Origin: Felis catus
Lineage: Eukaryota
Assembly: GCF_018350175.1 (NCBI RefSeq)
Contig: NC_058383.1
Location: forward strand, 11,348,001 to 11,412,000
Direction of reading: 5' to 3'
Length of the DNA stretch: 64,000 bases
Positions within the stretch are counted from its first letter, which is position 1. The number at the start of each line of letters is the position of its first letter. Under the pieces are notes generated by a model that was given only the letters and a program-made list of their open reading frames with translations, was not told the origin of the DNA and searched no databases. The translations under genes were made by a program, and so were the position numbers. Positions 1-12,287 of this stretch are shown piece by piece.

Positions 1-199
1 GGACCTCCCCCGCTCCCCGCCCCGTCCTCACTGCGTCTCATCCACAGCTCTGTCCTTGCTCAGATGATCCTGTATTTCTAGAGTCCAAACGGAGGGGGCC
101 GGCAGCCGCAGGCTGATCCCCCGAAAGCGCTTCTGGGGACTCCAGAGAGGGTCCGAGACATCTCGACACTCAGCCAGCATGAGCCAACTGCACTGTTCT

Positions 200-330
200 C
201 GGCTTCATTTTTTCTTAATTAGCTCTAATTACTCTGTCATCATAAATGTACTGACATCGAAAGCCTTCAAGTTCCTTTAGCAGCTGGCAGTAATCGGCCT
301 CATTAATCTCGCTGATTCCCATCTTTTGAA
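200..330. promoter_or_regulatory. Candidate conserved non-coding element/enhancer, TAAT-rich
   Basis: Repeat-free AT-rich island in GC-rich surroundings with TTAATTAG, CTAATTAC, CATAAA, GTAATC, CATTAATC and TGTCA/TGACA; conservation not tested. Confidence 0.4.
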
Positions 331-882
331 GATTGCTGGTTTGCTTTAGAAACGATGCTCTGTTCGGAGCCAGCTTCCCACCTCTCAATGCCCGGCTCAG
401 CGTTAACGGTGAAAATGTGGCCGAGCCCCTGGGGGCCTGTCAACACCCCCTGGGGCCTGTCATCTCTTCCCAGGTCTGGGGTGGGGGGAGGTGCCCCTTC
501 CTGGGAGAGGTCAGGAGGCCCCGCTGTGAGGTCACGTGCGTGAAGACAGGGCACAGGGCATCACCCAGGTCTGCCTTGGTTCGTCTCGGCTCCCTTGGGC
601 CAAGGTCCTGCGGTCACAGTCACTTAAATATTGAATCTTGGGCATCCATCCACCTCACTCTGCTGTGTCTTGCACCTGGGATTCCCAGCTGTCCAGTATC
701 CCCCTCCCACATGGGCTCCAAGGATATGGCCAAGCTTTGTCAATCCTGTCTTCTTTTTTAGATAGTCTTTGGTAGTGGGGCCAGCGGGGGCACCCATGGA
801 GTTCAGACGCTAAGGTAGCAAGTTCTGAACCAGGAAGACTTGGATAACATTCATTTTTAAAATTTATACTATTTATTTTTAA

Positions 883-1094
883 TTTTGTTTAATGTTTGTA
901 TTTATTTTTGAGACAGAGAGAGACAGAGCATGAGTAGGGGAGGGGTGGAGAGAGAGGGAGACACAGAATCTGAAGCAGGTTCCAGGCTCCGAGCTGTCAG
1001 CACAGAGCCTGACGCGGGGCTCGAACTCACGAACCACGAGATTATGACTTGAACCAAGTTGGACGCTTAACTGACTGAGCCACCCAGGCGCCCC
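883..1094 (-). mobile_element. CanSINE (SINEC_Fc-like), inserted in the tail of the next SINE
   Basis: Reverse-complement tRNA-derived head (..ctgagccacccaggcgcccc), (GA)n tract and T-rich tail; tatttattttt on both sides. Confidence 0.92.
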
Positions 1095-1303
1095 TATGTA
1101 TTTATTTTTAAAGTTTACTTATTTATTTTGAGAGAATGAGTGGGATGAGGCAGAAAGAGAGAGAGGGGGAGAGAATCCCAAGCAGGCTCTGCACTGTCAG
1201 CACAGAGCCCGATGTGGGGCTGGAACTCACGAGCTGTGAGATTGTGACCTGAGTCGAAATCAAGAGTCAGACGCTTAACCGAATAAACCACCCAGGCGCC
1301 CCC
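1095..1303 (-). mobile_element. CanSINE
   Basis: gagaatcccaagcaggctct...ccacccaggcgcccc hallmark sequence. Confidence 0.92.
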
Positions 1304-1362
1304 AAATAGTGTTTATTGAGGGTAGGCTGAGGCAACGTAGAGAAGAGGGTGAGGAATCCGTA

Positions 1363-1688
1363 CAGGGGACCCTTGGACAACACAAGTTTGAACTGCAGGG
1401 GTCTGCTTACACACAGGCTTTTCTGATACAGTGTAGCACCATAAATGTATTTTCTCTTCCTTACGATTTTCTTGATAATGTTTTCTTCTCTCTAGCTTAT
1501 TTTACTGTAAAAATACAGTATGTAATATAACGTACAAAATGTGTGTTCATTGTATGATATTGGTAAGGCTTCCAGTCAACTGTAGGCTATTAGTAGTTAA
1601 GTTTTTAGGGTGTTAAAAGTTGTATGTGGATTTACGATTGTGCAGGGGGTTGGTGTCCCTAAACCCTGCATTGTTCAAGGGTCATCTG
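1363..1688. mobile_element. Tigger2a/MER28-type non-autonomous TcMar DNA transposon
   Basis: Terminal inverted repeats caggggacccttggacaa / ttgttcaagggtcatctg flanked by TA target duplications at 1361-1362 and 1689-1690. Confidence 0.85.
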
Positions 1689-1804
1689 TATATAAATGAG
1701 GGGGGCTAAGGTCATGGCTGGGCCTGTGGTACTGAGTGCCTAGCCCATGAGACAAGTTAAGGCTGGAAGTGGGGTGTGAGCAAGGATTCTGGGAGCAGGA
1801 TGGA

Positions 1805-2000
1805 GTGTGTGTATATGTGTGTATATGCATATACATATGTGTACATGTGTGTGTAAGTAATTGTGTATATGATATGTATATGGGTATGTGTGTATATACA
1901 CGTATGCATATGTGAGTGTGTACGTGTGTGTGGGTAAGTGTTGCATGTGTGTGTGTGTGAATGTGTGTGTGTTGTGCACGTGTGTACGTGTGTGTTCGTA
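1805..2000. repeat. Degenerate (TG)n/(TA)n microsatellite
   Basis: Alternating purine-pyrimidine tract seen directly. Confidence 0.9.
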
Positions 2001-2712
2001 CAGAGCTGAGTACGGAACCAGGGCTGGGAAGAGTGAGCGAACGTTGGAGCTCCTTCCCTGCGTGCCTGATGGACGCACCGAGAGCAAGCAAGCCAAGGGT
2101 GTAAGGAGAGCCAGGACCTTTAGAGAGTTCCCTGGGGGCTGGGCTGACCTTTGACATTGGTCGTCATCATGTGCGGAGCCCTCCTTCTGGACCTCAAACC
2201 AGGCTCAGCTCCCTGCACTCCTGGCAGGGGTTGGGTCCGCCTTCATCCCCTCTGACATCCGATGGTCTTAACTCCTCGTCTCAGATCTTTTCTCACTCAA
2301 GACGTTGAGAGACCTTCACGCAAACTGAGTTCTTGATGTTCTACCTTGACAGCTCCTGGCGGGCTCCAGACAAACCCCAACTAATGGTCGCACCACGCAG
2401 GGAGGTCTCTTCCCTCCTCTTCTGTGCACACGTCAGATGTCTGCTTCTCACAGTATCGGGCCTCATTCTCCTATAAGGCATGAGAAGCTCATTTCAGTGT
2501 CCCTCACCTCCAACCAGGTGAATTGTCAGTTGTACTACAAGTGACCTCCATTTGCCATGTGCTGGCCATCCTACTCTACAGATATTTTCCCCTTGAATCC
2601 CTCCGATCGATGGGGGGTAGGGGGCAGTTCCATTCTACAGATGAGCAAATAAATGTACAGGTTACACATTTTACCTGTAGGCCAACAAGGTTAAGTGACA
2701 GAGGCAAGAATT

Positions 2713-2902
2713 GTTTTCCTTTTCTTTTTTGTAAAGTTTATTCATTTTGAGAGAGAGAGAGAGGGAGAGAGAGAATCCCAAGCAGGCTCTGTGCTGTCTT
2801 CATGGAGCCTGACACAGGGCTGAATCCCACGAACCGTAAGATCATGACCTGAGCCCAAATCAAGGGTCAGATGCTTGACCGACTGAGCCACCCAGGCTCA
2901 CC
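2713..2902 (-). mobile_element. CanSINE inserted in a MIR (~2590-2950)
   Basis: SINE hallmarks; target duplication aggcaagaat at ~2702 and ~2905; MIR core (cattctacagatgag...) on the flanks. Confidence 0.88.
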
Positions 2903-3254
2903 AAAGGCAAGAATCGAATCCAGGTTTGTGTGCCCAGATCTTTACCTTTCCATGATGTCATACCATCTGCCAAGCCAATGGCTTGCTTGGCACCAATATG
3001 TACCAGGAGGTGGGCCACAAAGAAGCACACTGTCAGTCTTTGTACCGGGAGGGTTTCCAAGAGGACGCATGGCCCCTGCCTTTGAGAATGGCCAATCACA
3101 TCACCTGTTACCACGTGAAGTTTCTGTTTTCATCGGAAAACAGTGCCGAACCTGGATGAAGCCCATTGTCAACCTCTAGCCTATGCCCTTTTGGTCATAG
3201 GGCACCCCTTGCATGAATGCTTTCCCCCTTTTAGCTATTTTAAAGAATTAACTC

Positions 3255-3479
3255 TTTTTTTAAAAAATTTTTTTTTAACATTTATTTATTTTTGAGCCAG
3301 AGAGAGACAGAGCATGAACGGGGGAGGGTCGGAGAGAGAGGGAGACACAGAATCGGAAGCAGGCTCCAGGCTCTGAGCAGTCAGCACAGAGCTCGACGCG
3401 GGGCTCGAACCCACGGACAGTGAGATCGTGACCTGAGCCAAAGTCGGACGCTTAACCGACTGAGCCACCCAGACGCCCC
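3255..3479 (-). mobile_element. CanSINE
   Basis: Full length; TSD aagaattaactctttt at ~3243 and ~3480. Confidence 0.95.
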
Positions 3480-3494
3480 AAGAATTAACTCTTT

Positions 3495-3820
3495 TATTCA
3501 GAGATTATTGGAGATGTACACGCAAGTGAAAGTAATCATTTGGCCATCTGGTATACCCTTTTCCACGTTTACCCCAATGGTAATGTCCTGCAGACCACAG
3601 AATAGTCTCACCACCAGGAAACTGACGTTGACCTCATTCAGCTGTTCCCAGCTTTACACGTACTTACGTGTGTGTGTTTACTTCTACGCAATTTTATCAC
3701 GCGAAAGTTCGAGTATCTATCACCACGGTCAAGATGCAGACAGAACCATTCCATCACCAGAAGGATTCCCTGTGTGGTCCTTTTCCAACCACACACACCT
3801 CCTACCCACCGCCATTTTAT
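3495..3820 (-). mobile_element. Old L1 (L1MC-like) 3' fragment
   Basis: Resembles L1MC 3' UTR (ccccaatggtaatgtcctgc, caattttatcac, cattccatcacc). Confidence 0.6.
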
Positions 3821-4297
3821 GTTAATCTGGATCTTTCAGCCAGCCCTGCACTGGCTGTGACGCCTCCTTGAGATTTGTCGCCTGCGGCTCAGGCATCTGC
3901 TTCCTGTCTGGGCCGCCATGTGGCCTTTAGCATTTGCTACCTTGGAAGTAATCCTGAGTCCTGGGAAAGAGAGAGAGGCCTTTGCAGTCAGAAAGACCCA
4001 CTCAGATTCCATACCCTGCAACTCTTTTACTGCGTGGCCTTGGGAAAGTGACTCCTATATCACTGTGCCTCAGTTTCCTAATCAATATGATGGGAAGATC
4101 GTGCCAACCTCCTGGGGCCTGGGGAGATCATTCAGTGACGTAATGCATATGAAGTGCCCAGCCCCCCCGCCCCGGCACATGGTGGGCCCTCTTTCTGTGT
4201 GACCCAGCTGGACTGTGAGACCTTGAAAGCAGGTGGTGACTCCATCCAGAGATGGTCGCCGTTTGGTCCCTTCTTTGGGCCCTGTGTCTGGATGGAG

Positions 4298-4514
4298 TTT
4301 GTTTATTTATTTATTTATAAAGTTTATTAATTTTGAGAGAGAGAGAGAGTGTGAGCAGGGTAGAGGCCGAGAGGGAGAGTAAGAATCTCGAGCAGGCTCT
4401 GTGCTGTCAGCCTGGAGCCCGAAGCGGGGCTTGAACCCATGGAACTGTGAGATAGTGACCCGAGCTGCAGTCAAGGGTCCGATGCTCAACCGAATGAGCC
4501 ACCCGGGTGCCCCC
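4298..4514 (-). mobile_element. CanSINE
   Basis: SINE hallmarks in reverse orientation. Confidence 0.9.
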
Positions 4515-4542
4515 TGGACCGAGTTTAAAAGAGACGGTCCTT

Positions 4543-4719
4543 GGGGCGCCCGGGCGGCTCAGTCGGTTGAGCGTCTGACTCCTGATTTTGGCTCCGGTCG
4601 TGATCTCGCTGTTCAGGAGATTGAGCTCCGCATCTGGCCTGCTTGCGCTTCTCTCTCTCCCTCCCTCTCTCTCCCTGCCCCTTCCCCTCTCTCTCTCTCT
4701 TTCTCAAGATAAATAAACA

Positions 4720-4758
<39 letters not shown>
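4543..4758 (+). mobile_element. CanSINE with (GA)n-expanded tail
   Basis: ggggcgcccgggcggctcagtcggttgagc head, (CT)n, aataaa, A tail; TSD-like gagacggtcc/gagacagtcc. Confidence 0.9.
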
Positions 4759-4761
<3 letters not shown>

Positions 4762-5019
4762 TCCCTGCTAGAACTGGAAAACACACCATTGGGAAAACAG
4801 ATGTCACTTTGCCCCCATCCAGCCTTCCTGCTTGGTAACAAGGTGTCCATGAATCAGCAGACCCAGGCTCCGTCTATTCCGGGCAGAAAAACTCTGGGCT
4901 GGCAGTGGGAGGCGGTGGGGGTGGGGGTGGGCTGTCCCTTCCGGGGCCCGCCCCTCGGAACGGCCTCCCTCCGAAGCCTCCTGCCCTCTTCCTGCCAGCA
5001 GGTCGTCCCTGCAGCTGAC

Positions 5020-5340
5020 AGAAGTGATTACTGCCTGTGAGTGATAATATAATTCAGTTCCCCTCAAGGAGAGATGCTATCAGAGAGGCTTTTTTAAGAG
5101 GAAAAAATATATAATATACTGGTTGAAAAGGGCTATCTTTCTTCCTGGAAGAACAGTTATTAATCTCTTCCTAGTACATTTTCATATCATTTTGGACACT
5201 TATTTCCAGGCCGTGATATTATAAAACCAGGCGTCTGTGTCAGCTTTGATGCGGTGGAACATGCTGGAACATGAAAAGGCGTAATTACTGCTGTGGCCAT
5301 TGGAATTGCTAACGAGATCCTGACATTTTCAAATCGGACC
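5020..5340. promoter_or_regulatory. Candidate enhancer/conserved element
   Basis: Repeat-free AT-rich island with TTATTAATC, TTATAAAA, CTTTGAT (TCF/LEF), GTAATTAC and tandem GAACATG cores. Confidence 0.35.
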
Positions 5341-5729
5341 CATTTCTCAGTGATCCAGAAGTGAGCCCTGCAGCTGTGTGGGCTGCATGTGAATGAGGCA
5401 GCTCCCAGCTCAGGGGGGAAGGAAGGAGAGAGGGTGGGCGGGGATGAGTTCTATTCTTTGAGCTGAACCCCGGCGACAGGAGCTGAGGCTTGGGACCGGA
5501 TGGGACCTGATGGGACTGACCCTCTGTCTCAAAGCTGCCTCCTGCCACCCACAAGGGAGGACGTTTATTCTGGGCTTTTGGGTCATTGTTTTCCGATTTA
5601 GGGTGGCCAATTCAGCAAGTGGTTCAAGGAAGACTCACTATGTGTCCTGCGCGCTGGGGGGACAGCAGTGACCGAGGTCTCCTCCCCATCCCCCACCCGC
5701 TGCAACCATGCTTTCTCTCCCCTCATCCT

Positions 5730-5885
5730 GTAAGTGCCGGAGCCACCGCTGGAATTTGCTAGAAATGCAGATCCTCGGGCTCCGGCCCCCCGCACGCTTA
5801 CGGAGTCTGGAACTCTGGGGGTGGGGACCCAGGGACCTGTGTCAAGGAGCCCTCCGGTGATGCTCGTGCACCTGTTGTTGGGGAG
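5730..5885. mobile_element. MER5A-like hAT-Charlie DNA transposon
   Basis: gctagaaatgcagatcctcgggctcc...ggaactctgggggtggggacccag...ggtgatgct. Confidence 0.65.
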
Positions 5886-7726
5886 CCCCTGCCTTTATCT
5901 TCCTCTGCCTGTCCTGGGGCTTCCAGGTTAAAATGCAGACCCCTGGCCCGCCTCTCGTGGGGTGAGGTACAAGCGGAAGAAGCTGGGGTGGCTGCTGTCC
6001 CTGAGCTGCCTGGGTCCCACACTCCTGCTCTGTAAGCGGTTTCCGGCTGCTCTGAAAGCCTGGGGGGGCGGTGCTGGAAACCTCATGGGCCCCTTGACTC
6101 TCTAAATGGAGCAGGTGCGTGTGAAGCCACAGGCAGTGAACCCTCACGCAGGCTGTGGGCTGGGCTGGCCCCTAGAGTGGGGGGCTGCGAGCAGGGCCGC
6201 GGACCGTTGGAACTGGGGGGTGGGGAAACCAGAAGCAAGGTCAAACGGATGTTCCCTCTGCACCCCTCGAGCCTGGACATCCTCCCGTGTCCCCTTGACA
6301 AATGGCACCGATATTTGAGAAAACAAACCTGGCAGTCGTGCCGGGTTCCTCTTTCTCTCTCTCGGGGCAGAAGGTGTCGAACAAATCGCCCCAAACACGG
6401 CGGATGTTTTACTCTCTCCTCTCCTGGCGCTGGGGTTGATCTGGCTCGGTGTGGTGGCCCTCGCTCGGGGCTCCTCATTCTGCAGCGGGGGGCCTGGACG
6501 GAGCCTTAGTTTTCAGATGTTCCTGGACAAAGCGGACTCCTCTCCCCTCCCACCCCGCCGGCTGTTTTTTGGAGGGTGGGGGGCAAAATGACTCAAGGCT
6601 GACCCTGAGGACCGGGCCCTGGCTGTGGGTCACAGTCCTCCCTTGGCCAACTGTGGTGGGGCTTGGGCAGACCCTGGGACAGTCCTCGGGTACCTGACAG
6701 GTTGCAGACGCCTCGTTGGTGACGGTGATGGCCAGAGTAAGTGGCCGGTGGACAGGGAAGCAGGGGGTGACAGGGCGAGAACGACCGGGGGCCCTTGTCG
6801 CTGGCAGGAGCTGGGCTTCCCTGGATGCTAAGAGCCACGGGACCCCCTGCGCGGACAGCCGACCAGAAGCGCCTGGAACCATCCAGAGAGAGTTTCAGGA
6901 GACTCCGCCGACGCCATCTTTTTTGTTCCGTTCTCAGCTTTTTCCGAGTATTCGAGGCTGGCTACGTATTAGGTGTGCAATCGGAAACAAAAACATTTCA
7001 TAAGGCGAACTGAGCTACGATTCTGCTGAGGATGGGAATGGAGAACGTTCCCCCGAGGGAGACGCATGAATCATGCCGGCCTGGGTGCAGGTGATTGTGG
7101 GTGCAGGTGTTTGGCGGGGGAAGGCCTCTGCGGACCGCCCTCCTTCGCTCTCGGCTGGGGTTCTGCGGGACAAACTCTACATCCAGATCTGTGTCAAGAC
7201 GCCCAGGGCCTTGGCAGGCTTTTTGTTTTTGTCTCGGGCCACGGCTGAGAGTCCTCTGGCTCCTGGGAGGGGATGCTTTTGGAGTCAACACTCGGCTGGC
7301 GCCTTGGTGACTGAGAAGACCTTACGGTTGCCCGACTGACCTCTCAGCCATTAGGGCCGCAAGAAGGCATGCACACCGTGTCCCATGGTGAGGACCCGGT
7401 CTTCGAGCCTGAAGCAGCCGCGAAGCGTGAACACGGGCGGCCGTTCTCCAGTCCCTCTGAGGCCCTTACGCTCCCGCCCCAGCCTCTTCCCCATTTCCCC
7501 TACTTCACACTTCTCTGGCTGCTGCTCGCTGACCCCATTTCTGTTCCTCCTACACATGAACCTCGTCTCTCATGCCCCTACCCCCTCACCCCAGGGCCTT
7601 TGCACATGCTGTCCCCGCCCCCAGAAAAATCTCTGCCCTCCGATCTTCAGCCAGTCACCAACTTCTCACCACCCAGGCCTTGTCACTTTGTCTTTGTTCC
7701 ACAGCTTCCTCCCCCCATCGCTTTCA

Positions 7727-7950
7727 TTTTTAAAAAATGTTTATTTAGTTAGAGAGAGAGAGAGAGAGCATGTGCAACTGTGTGAGTGATTGGGGGAGGG
7801 ACAGAGAGAGAGAGAGAGAGGGAGAGAGAGAATCCGAAGCAGGCTCTGCACTGACAGCACAGGGGCTCGATCTCACAAACTGTGAGATCATGACCTGAGC
7901 CGAAATCAAGAGTCTGACGCTTACGCGACCGACCCCCCCGCCAGGCGCCC
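7727..7950 (-). mobile_element. CanSINE within an L2 fragment (~7590-8170)
   Basis: SINE hallmarks; flanks have L2-like cagggcctttgcacatgctgtcccc and gcacaggtgctcga. Confidence 0.85.
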
Positions 7951-9360
7951 CGCCCCGGTCACTTTCTAGGCCAGCTCTCCCGCTTCTTCTTCGTGAACCT
8001 CGTTGTGGTCTGAAATTATATTCTATCAAGTTATCTTTGTTTCTCTCTACTGAAGCGAAATGTTTCCCGTGACAGAGAACCCACCTGTTCTGTTTTACTG
8101 GGAATCCGCAGCGTCTAGTCTGGTGTCCCCGGTGCAGCACAGGTGCTCGATCAGGGACTCTTGAACAAGTTGATCCCCTGCGTCTTTCTGTCCCTCAGGC
8201 GGTACCACCCCCGCCTCTGGTGCTCCCTGCGTCCCCCCTGCAGGCTCGACCTGCCTGAAACTGACCAGGGGTAGCAGGGGGCAGGCAGGTAGCAAGAAGG
8301 GTAAGGGATGGTGATCATCCGGTGTGTTCGTCCACTGAGGTTCTCTTCTCAGTGGAGTGTCAGAAGTCAGGCCTTGCAGAAGGAGAAGGGGAAGGAGGCG
8401 GGGAGAGTCCTCACATTCTGTACGAAGGGAGCCACGGAAGGCTCTAGATAAAATTCCTGGAGGCCAACCTGCTGAAGACCCCGGAGGGGAGGGAGTCAGA
8501 GAGGCGTGACAGCCGGGGTGAGCTCAGGCCTGACCACGAACCAGAATGGCCTTGGCAGCCGCCGGCTAGCGTAACTGGAGGGGGTCTACGTGCAGGTGCG
8601 ATCAGGGAGACCCCTACTGAGGTCTGGGTGGTGTCTTTCTGAGACTTCTCCTTTAAGGCAGGTGGCCAAAGAGAAAGCGTGTAGCTTTGAGAGGTGGATT
8701 CCACGTGACCGGAGCGCAGGGAAACGAGGTCAGCGGTAGATAACGGGGGCGTCCCACAGCCAAGGGCACCCGTGGAAAAGGAAAGCTGGGCTTCCTGACC
8801 AGGGACAGCCTCCCACTCAGCAGCGTGAGGCAGAGCCGGGACGTGAAAATGCAGAGGCAGAAACAGGTCCCGTGAGAGGAGGCCGCAGTCCCATCAGACA
8901 GCGAGCGCAAGGGAACGGGGGAGTCTGGGGAGTCCGGGGGCACAACGGCCTCTGGAAAGTGCTGGTCCTGGTGGCCCAGGGAGCCCGAGGAAAAGATGTT
9001 GCCAGGGAGTCAGGAACCGGGATCCGGATGGAAACTTTGGTGGCAAGACCTGGCTCCTCCTGGGGGTGAGCTTGGTGTTTCCCTGTTCCACGTCAGCCCA
9101 GGTGGCTAGTTTAGGGACCCAAATCTCAGGCTACACTGGTGACCTCCGTCCCTTTCCTTTCCTGCCCCCTTTCTCAGAACTGGCCACAGAGGTCTGTGTG
9201 TGTCTGTATCTGTAAGGCGTGTAGACCGTGGACTTCTCTGGGGTGTCACAGGGCCCGGCACGCAGTAGGTGCTTAATCGATATTTGTTCCCACTTGACGT
9301 TCTCCTGCTTTCTTCTCAAGTATCCCCCCCACCCCCAAACACTTCCTTAAAGCTCCAGTT

Positions 9361-9575
9361 AAAAAAATTTTTTTTTAATGTTTATTTATTCTAAAGGAGA
9401 GAGAGAGAGAGAGAGAGACAGGGCGTGAGCAGGGGAGGGGTTAGAGAGAGGGAGGCAGAGAATCCGAAACAGGCTCCAGGCTCCGAGCTGTCAGCATAAG
9501 AGCCCAGCCCGACCTGGGGCTCGAACTCACGGACCGCGAGATCAAGACCTGAGCTGAAGTCGGACGCTTCGCTGA
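9361..9575 (-). mobile_element. 5'-truncated CanSINE
   Basis: Perfect 15-bp TSD cttaaagctccagtt at 9346-9360 and 9576-9590; start of the head is missing. Confidence 0.92.
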
Positions 9576-9599
9576 CTTAAAGCTCCAGTTTAAAGATGG

Positions 9600-10330
9600 A
9601 GTAATAAGTCTTGGACACAAGCCACCCCCCCGCCTTCGGTACAATTCTGACCGAGTGCCCCTTCCCGCCTCCCCCAGCCGCCGGTGCAGAGGCCCAGCCA
9701 CCCGCACGAGACACGCGGCTGCTTCGGCTCCACGTCGTGCTTTTGGAGCCGTGCCAAACAGTGGCAGGCGGTGGAGTGTGGGGAGTGCATAGTGGTTTGC
9801 AGGGACTTGGACGCGACACCGAAACCGCGTTCTCCTGGAGACGTCTCTACCCCACGGGCTTTGCCAGGTTGGCCGTTTTGCCGCGAGGCCATCGAAGCCA
9901 GTTCTTCCTTTCCTTAGCTGGTGCTTTTGCTGGAGAAAACAGCGCATGCCTCCGCCACTAGCCCGTCCATCGGGGAGGGTTTGCTCCGTGCCGGACGTGG
10001 CTGCGGCCACCGAGGCCACATGCTTTGCCAGTACAGCCCGTAATACTCACAGCTGCCACGGATCTGCTCGGATGGGCTTCACGCTGGGTGCTCTTCTAGG
10101 AGTGGCTTCTGTTCGTCAAGCCCTCGTGCGTGTGCACGGCGCTGCGCTAAGCACTTAATCTCAGGCCGTCCTCCCAGCAACACTGGGTATTATATCCCCG
10201 TTGACAGGTGAGGGTCGCGGGATTCCCCCAAAGTTACCCGGCTGGCGACTAAGAGAGTCAGTCGGGGTGGGATCTTGCGCACCTGCCCCCGATGCCGATC
10301 TGCCGGTCTAACCTGCGCGGGGGGCGAGCC
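9600..10330. promoter_or_regulatory. CpG-rich segment (orphan CpG-island-like), including a CpG-enriched MIR remnant
   Basis: Visibly high CpG density; NFI-like ttggagccgtgccaa near 9743. Confidence 0.35.
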
Positions 10331-12287
10331 CCTCCTGATAAGCTGTGCTCTGGCATGCTGCCGGTGCAGGGGTGGGTAGGGGAGGAACTTCAGAGGGGCC
10401 TGGCCTCCGCTGACGTGGTCAGGTGGGCGTCATTTGTCTGGAGAATAAGCGAGGAAGGGTGGGTCTGGGCGGAAAGCAAGGTCTGGCAAATTCCAAAGAC
10501 AAGGGGGAACGCGAAAGGAAAGCTCCTTCGGGTGCGGGCCTTTGCCATGGCCAGGTCCCTAGGCATAGAATGTGGTGGCGAGGGTGCTGGGCCCTGACAG
10601 TGGTAGCTCAGGGAGGTGACCCCGGGGGATAGGCCAGCCCAGGCCCCTGTGACACCTTTGGCCCGGGGGCAAGGTGAAAAGAGCCCCTGTGGAGGCCACG
10701 TAGGAGTTGCTGTTACTCCCTGGGGGTCAGAGAGAAGCAGGTGAGGGCCCCGGTTTGTTCTTCCCCCTTTTCCTTTCTCTGTCCTGCTCGTTCTCCTTTC
10801 CTTCCTTCTGCTCATCTCTGTTTACCTCTCTCTCTCTCTCTCTCCCTCTCTCTTTCCCTCTCTGTCCGTCCATCTGTCCATCTTTCCATCCATCCATCCA
10901 TCCACTCATTCCTGGCTGCTACAGAAGGTATTTAAGGTAGGCACAAACCTCACGGAGGCCTGAGCTTTTCCAGCCTGGCTTCGGCGGGGGTCACTGTCAA
11001 AGCCTCAGAGCCGACTTGCCGCGTCAGGGCCTCAGTCCCCTGATCCGTGGGATGGTGGCGTTGGACCAGAGGCCCCCGAGAGTCCACGCAAGCTGGACTG
11101 TCCCGCGAGTCTAGGAATCTCTGACTTGGAGCTGGGAAACCTCCTGGAGGCCCTGAGGAGATGCTAGGGTTCCTTTCCAACTTGCCAACCTGTTTGGCAG
11201 CCACAGATGGGCCTCCGGGGCGGAAGGGAAGCCAGGAGCCAAGAGGCTGCCTCGCATGAGCGAGTGATTTGTACAAGGATGATTTGTGAGGGCAGCGCTG
11301 GGGGCAGCGGGGCTCGGGTTTCCTGGGGCCGCTTGCGAACTCCGACATCTACTATTTTTCACTCCAGCGAGACCGAGCTGCTCCAGACAGGCCCCTGCCG
11401 GCTGTTTTCAGCTGTGCTGGGAAGTGTGGCGGCCGGCTGTGTTCCCTCTTGGAGCTCTCTCGGGGACAGCGCAGCACATGGCAGCTGCTCGAGCGAGGAA
11501 GCTAGCGGATTCTTCAAGGGGGCCCCAAATTCCAAACGACCCCTTCTGAGCAGCCGGATTTGCATTGCGAGGTGTTACCCTCACTTCAAAGAAACGTCTG
11601 CCCTAGATCTGGAGCAGGGCTGTCTTGCTTGGCCCGCCCTCCAGGGCCTGAACCGCGTTGCTTCCTGAGTCTTGACTTCACAGGGGAGCTCTGCAGGGGA
11701 GAAGCTCCGTGGCCAGAGGTCAGGACACTTCCACGGGAAACGTGGGTCTGCTGCTTCCTGGCCAAGTGACCTCGGACAAGTCACTTCCCTCTCCAGGGCC
11801 TCGGTTGCCTCATTTGTGACTTGGGAAGCGTGTGTCCTTTCAAGATCTGATGCTCACTGAGTACCTCATTCGCAGTTTTCTCAGAGAAGAGTGCGCGGCT
11901 CTCTCTGCTCTCTTGGCCTGCTGCCGGTATTGGCAAAAGGTATGGCCATAAAGAAACACAGGAGCGGCAAATACCATCGATCCCCAGGTCAGGGGCAATG
12001 TCGCAGTTCGGCCTAGATGTAGTGACAGGTAGTGAGCGGTCCCGGCCCTGACAGAAGGGTCTGGGGAGGCCCAGGGAGGCAGCTGACGGGGGTAGGTCCA
12101 TGTGGACCCCTGCAGCACCTCCGGCCTGGGCGAGAAGGTGAAGGTGGTTGGGGGTTTGTCCCCCCCCCCCTTTACCAGACAGCTTCCCCTGGACAATAGT
12201 CCTTAGCACAGAGTTGAACACCCAGAAGTCGTCATTGAATATTTAGATTCACGTAGGGAGAACCATCGTGACTGAAAAGGCCTTTTT

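Noticed and set aside
1675..2157. His/Thr-rich ORFs
   Set aside because: Translation of the (TG)n microsatellite
3286..3468. Recurring MAQSVKRPT..AQV..SSPASGSVLTA peptide family across the window
   Set aside because: Translations of SINE copies, not a paralogous gene family
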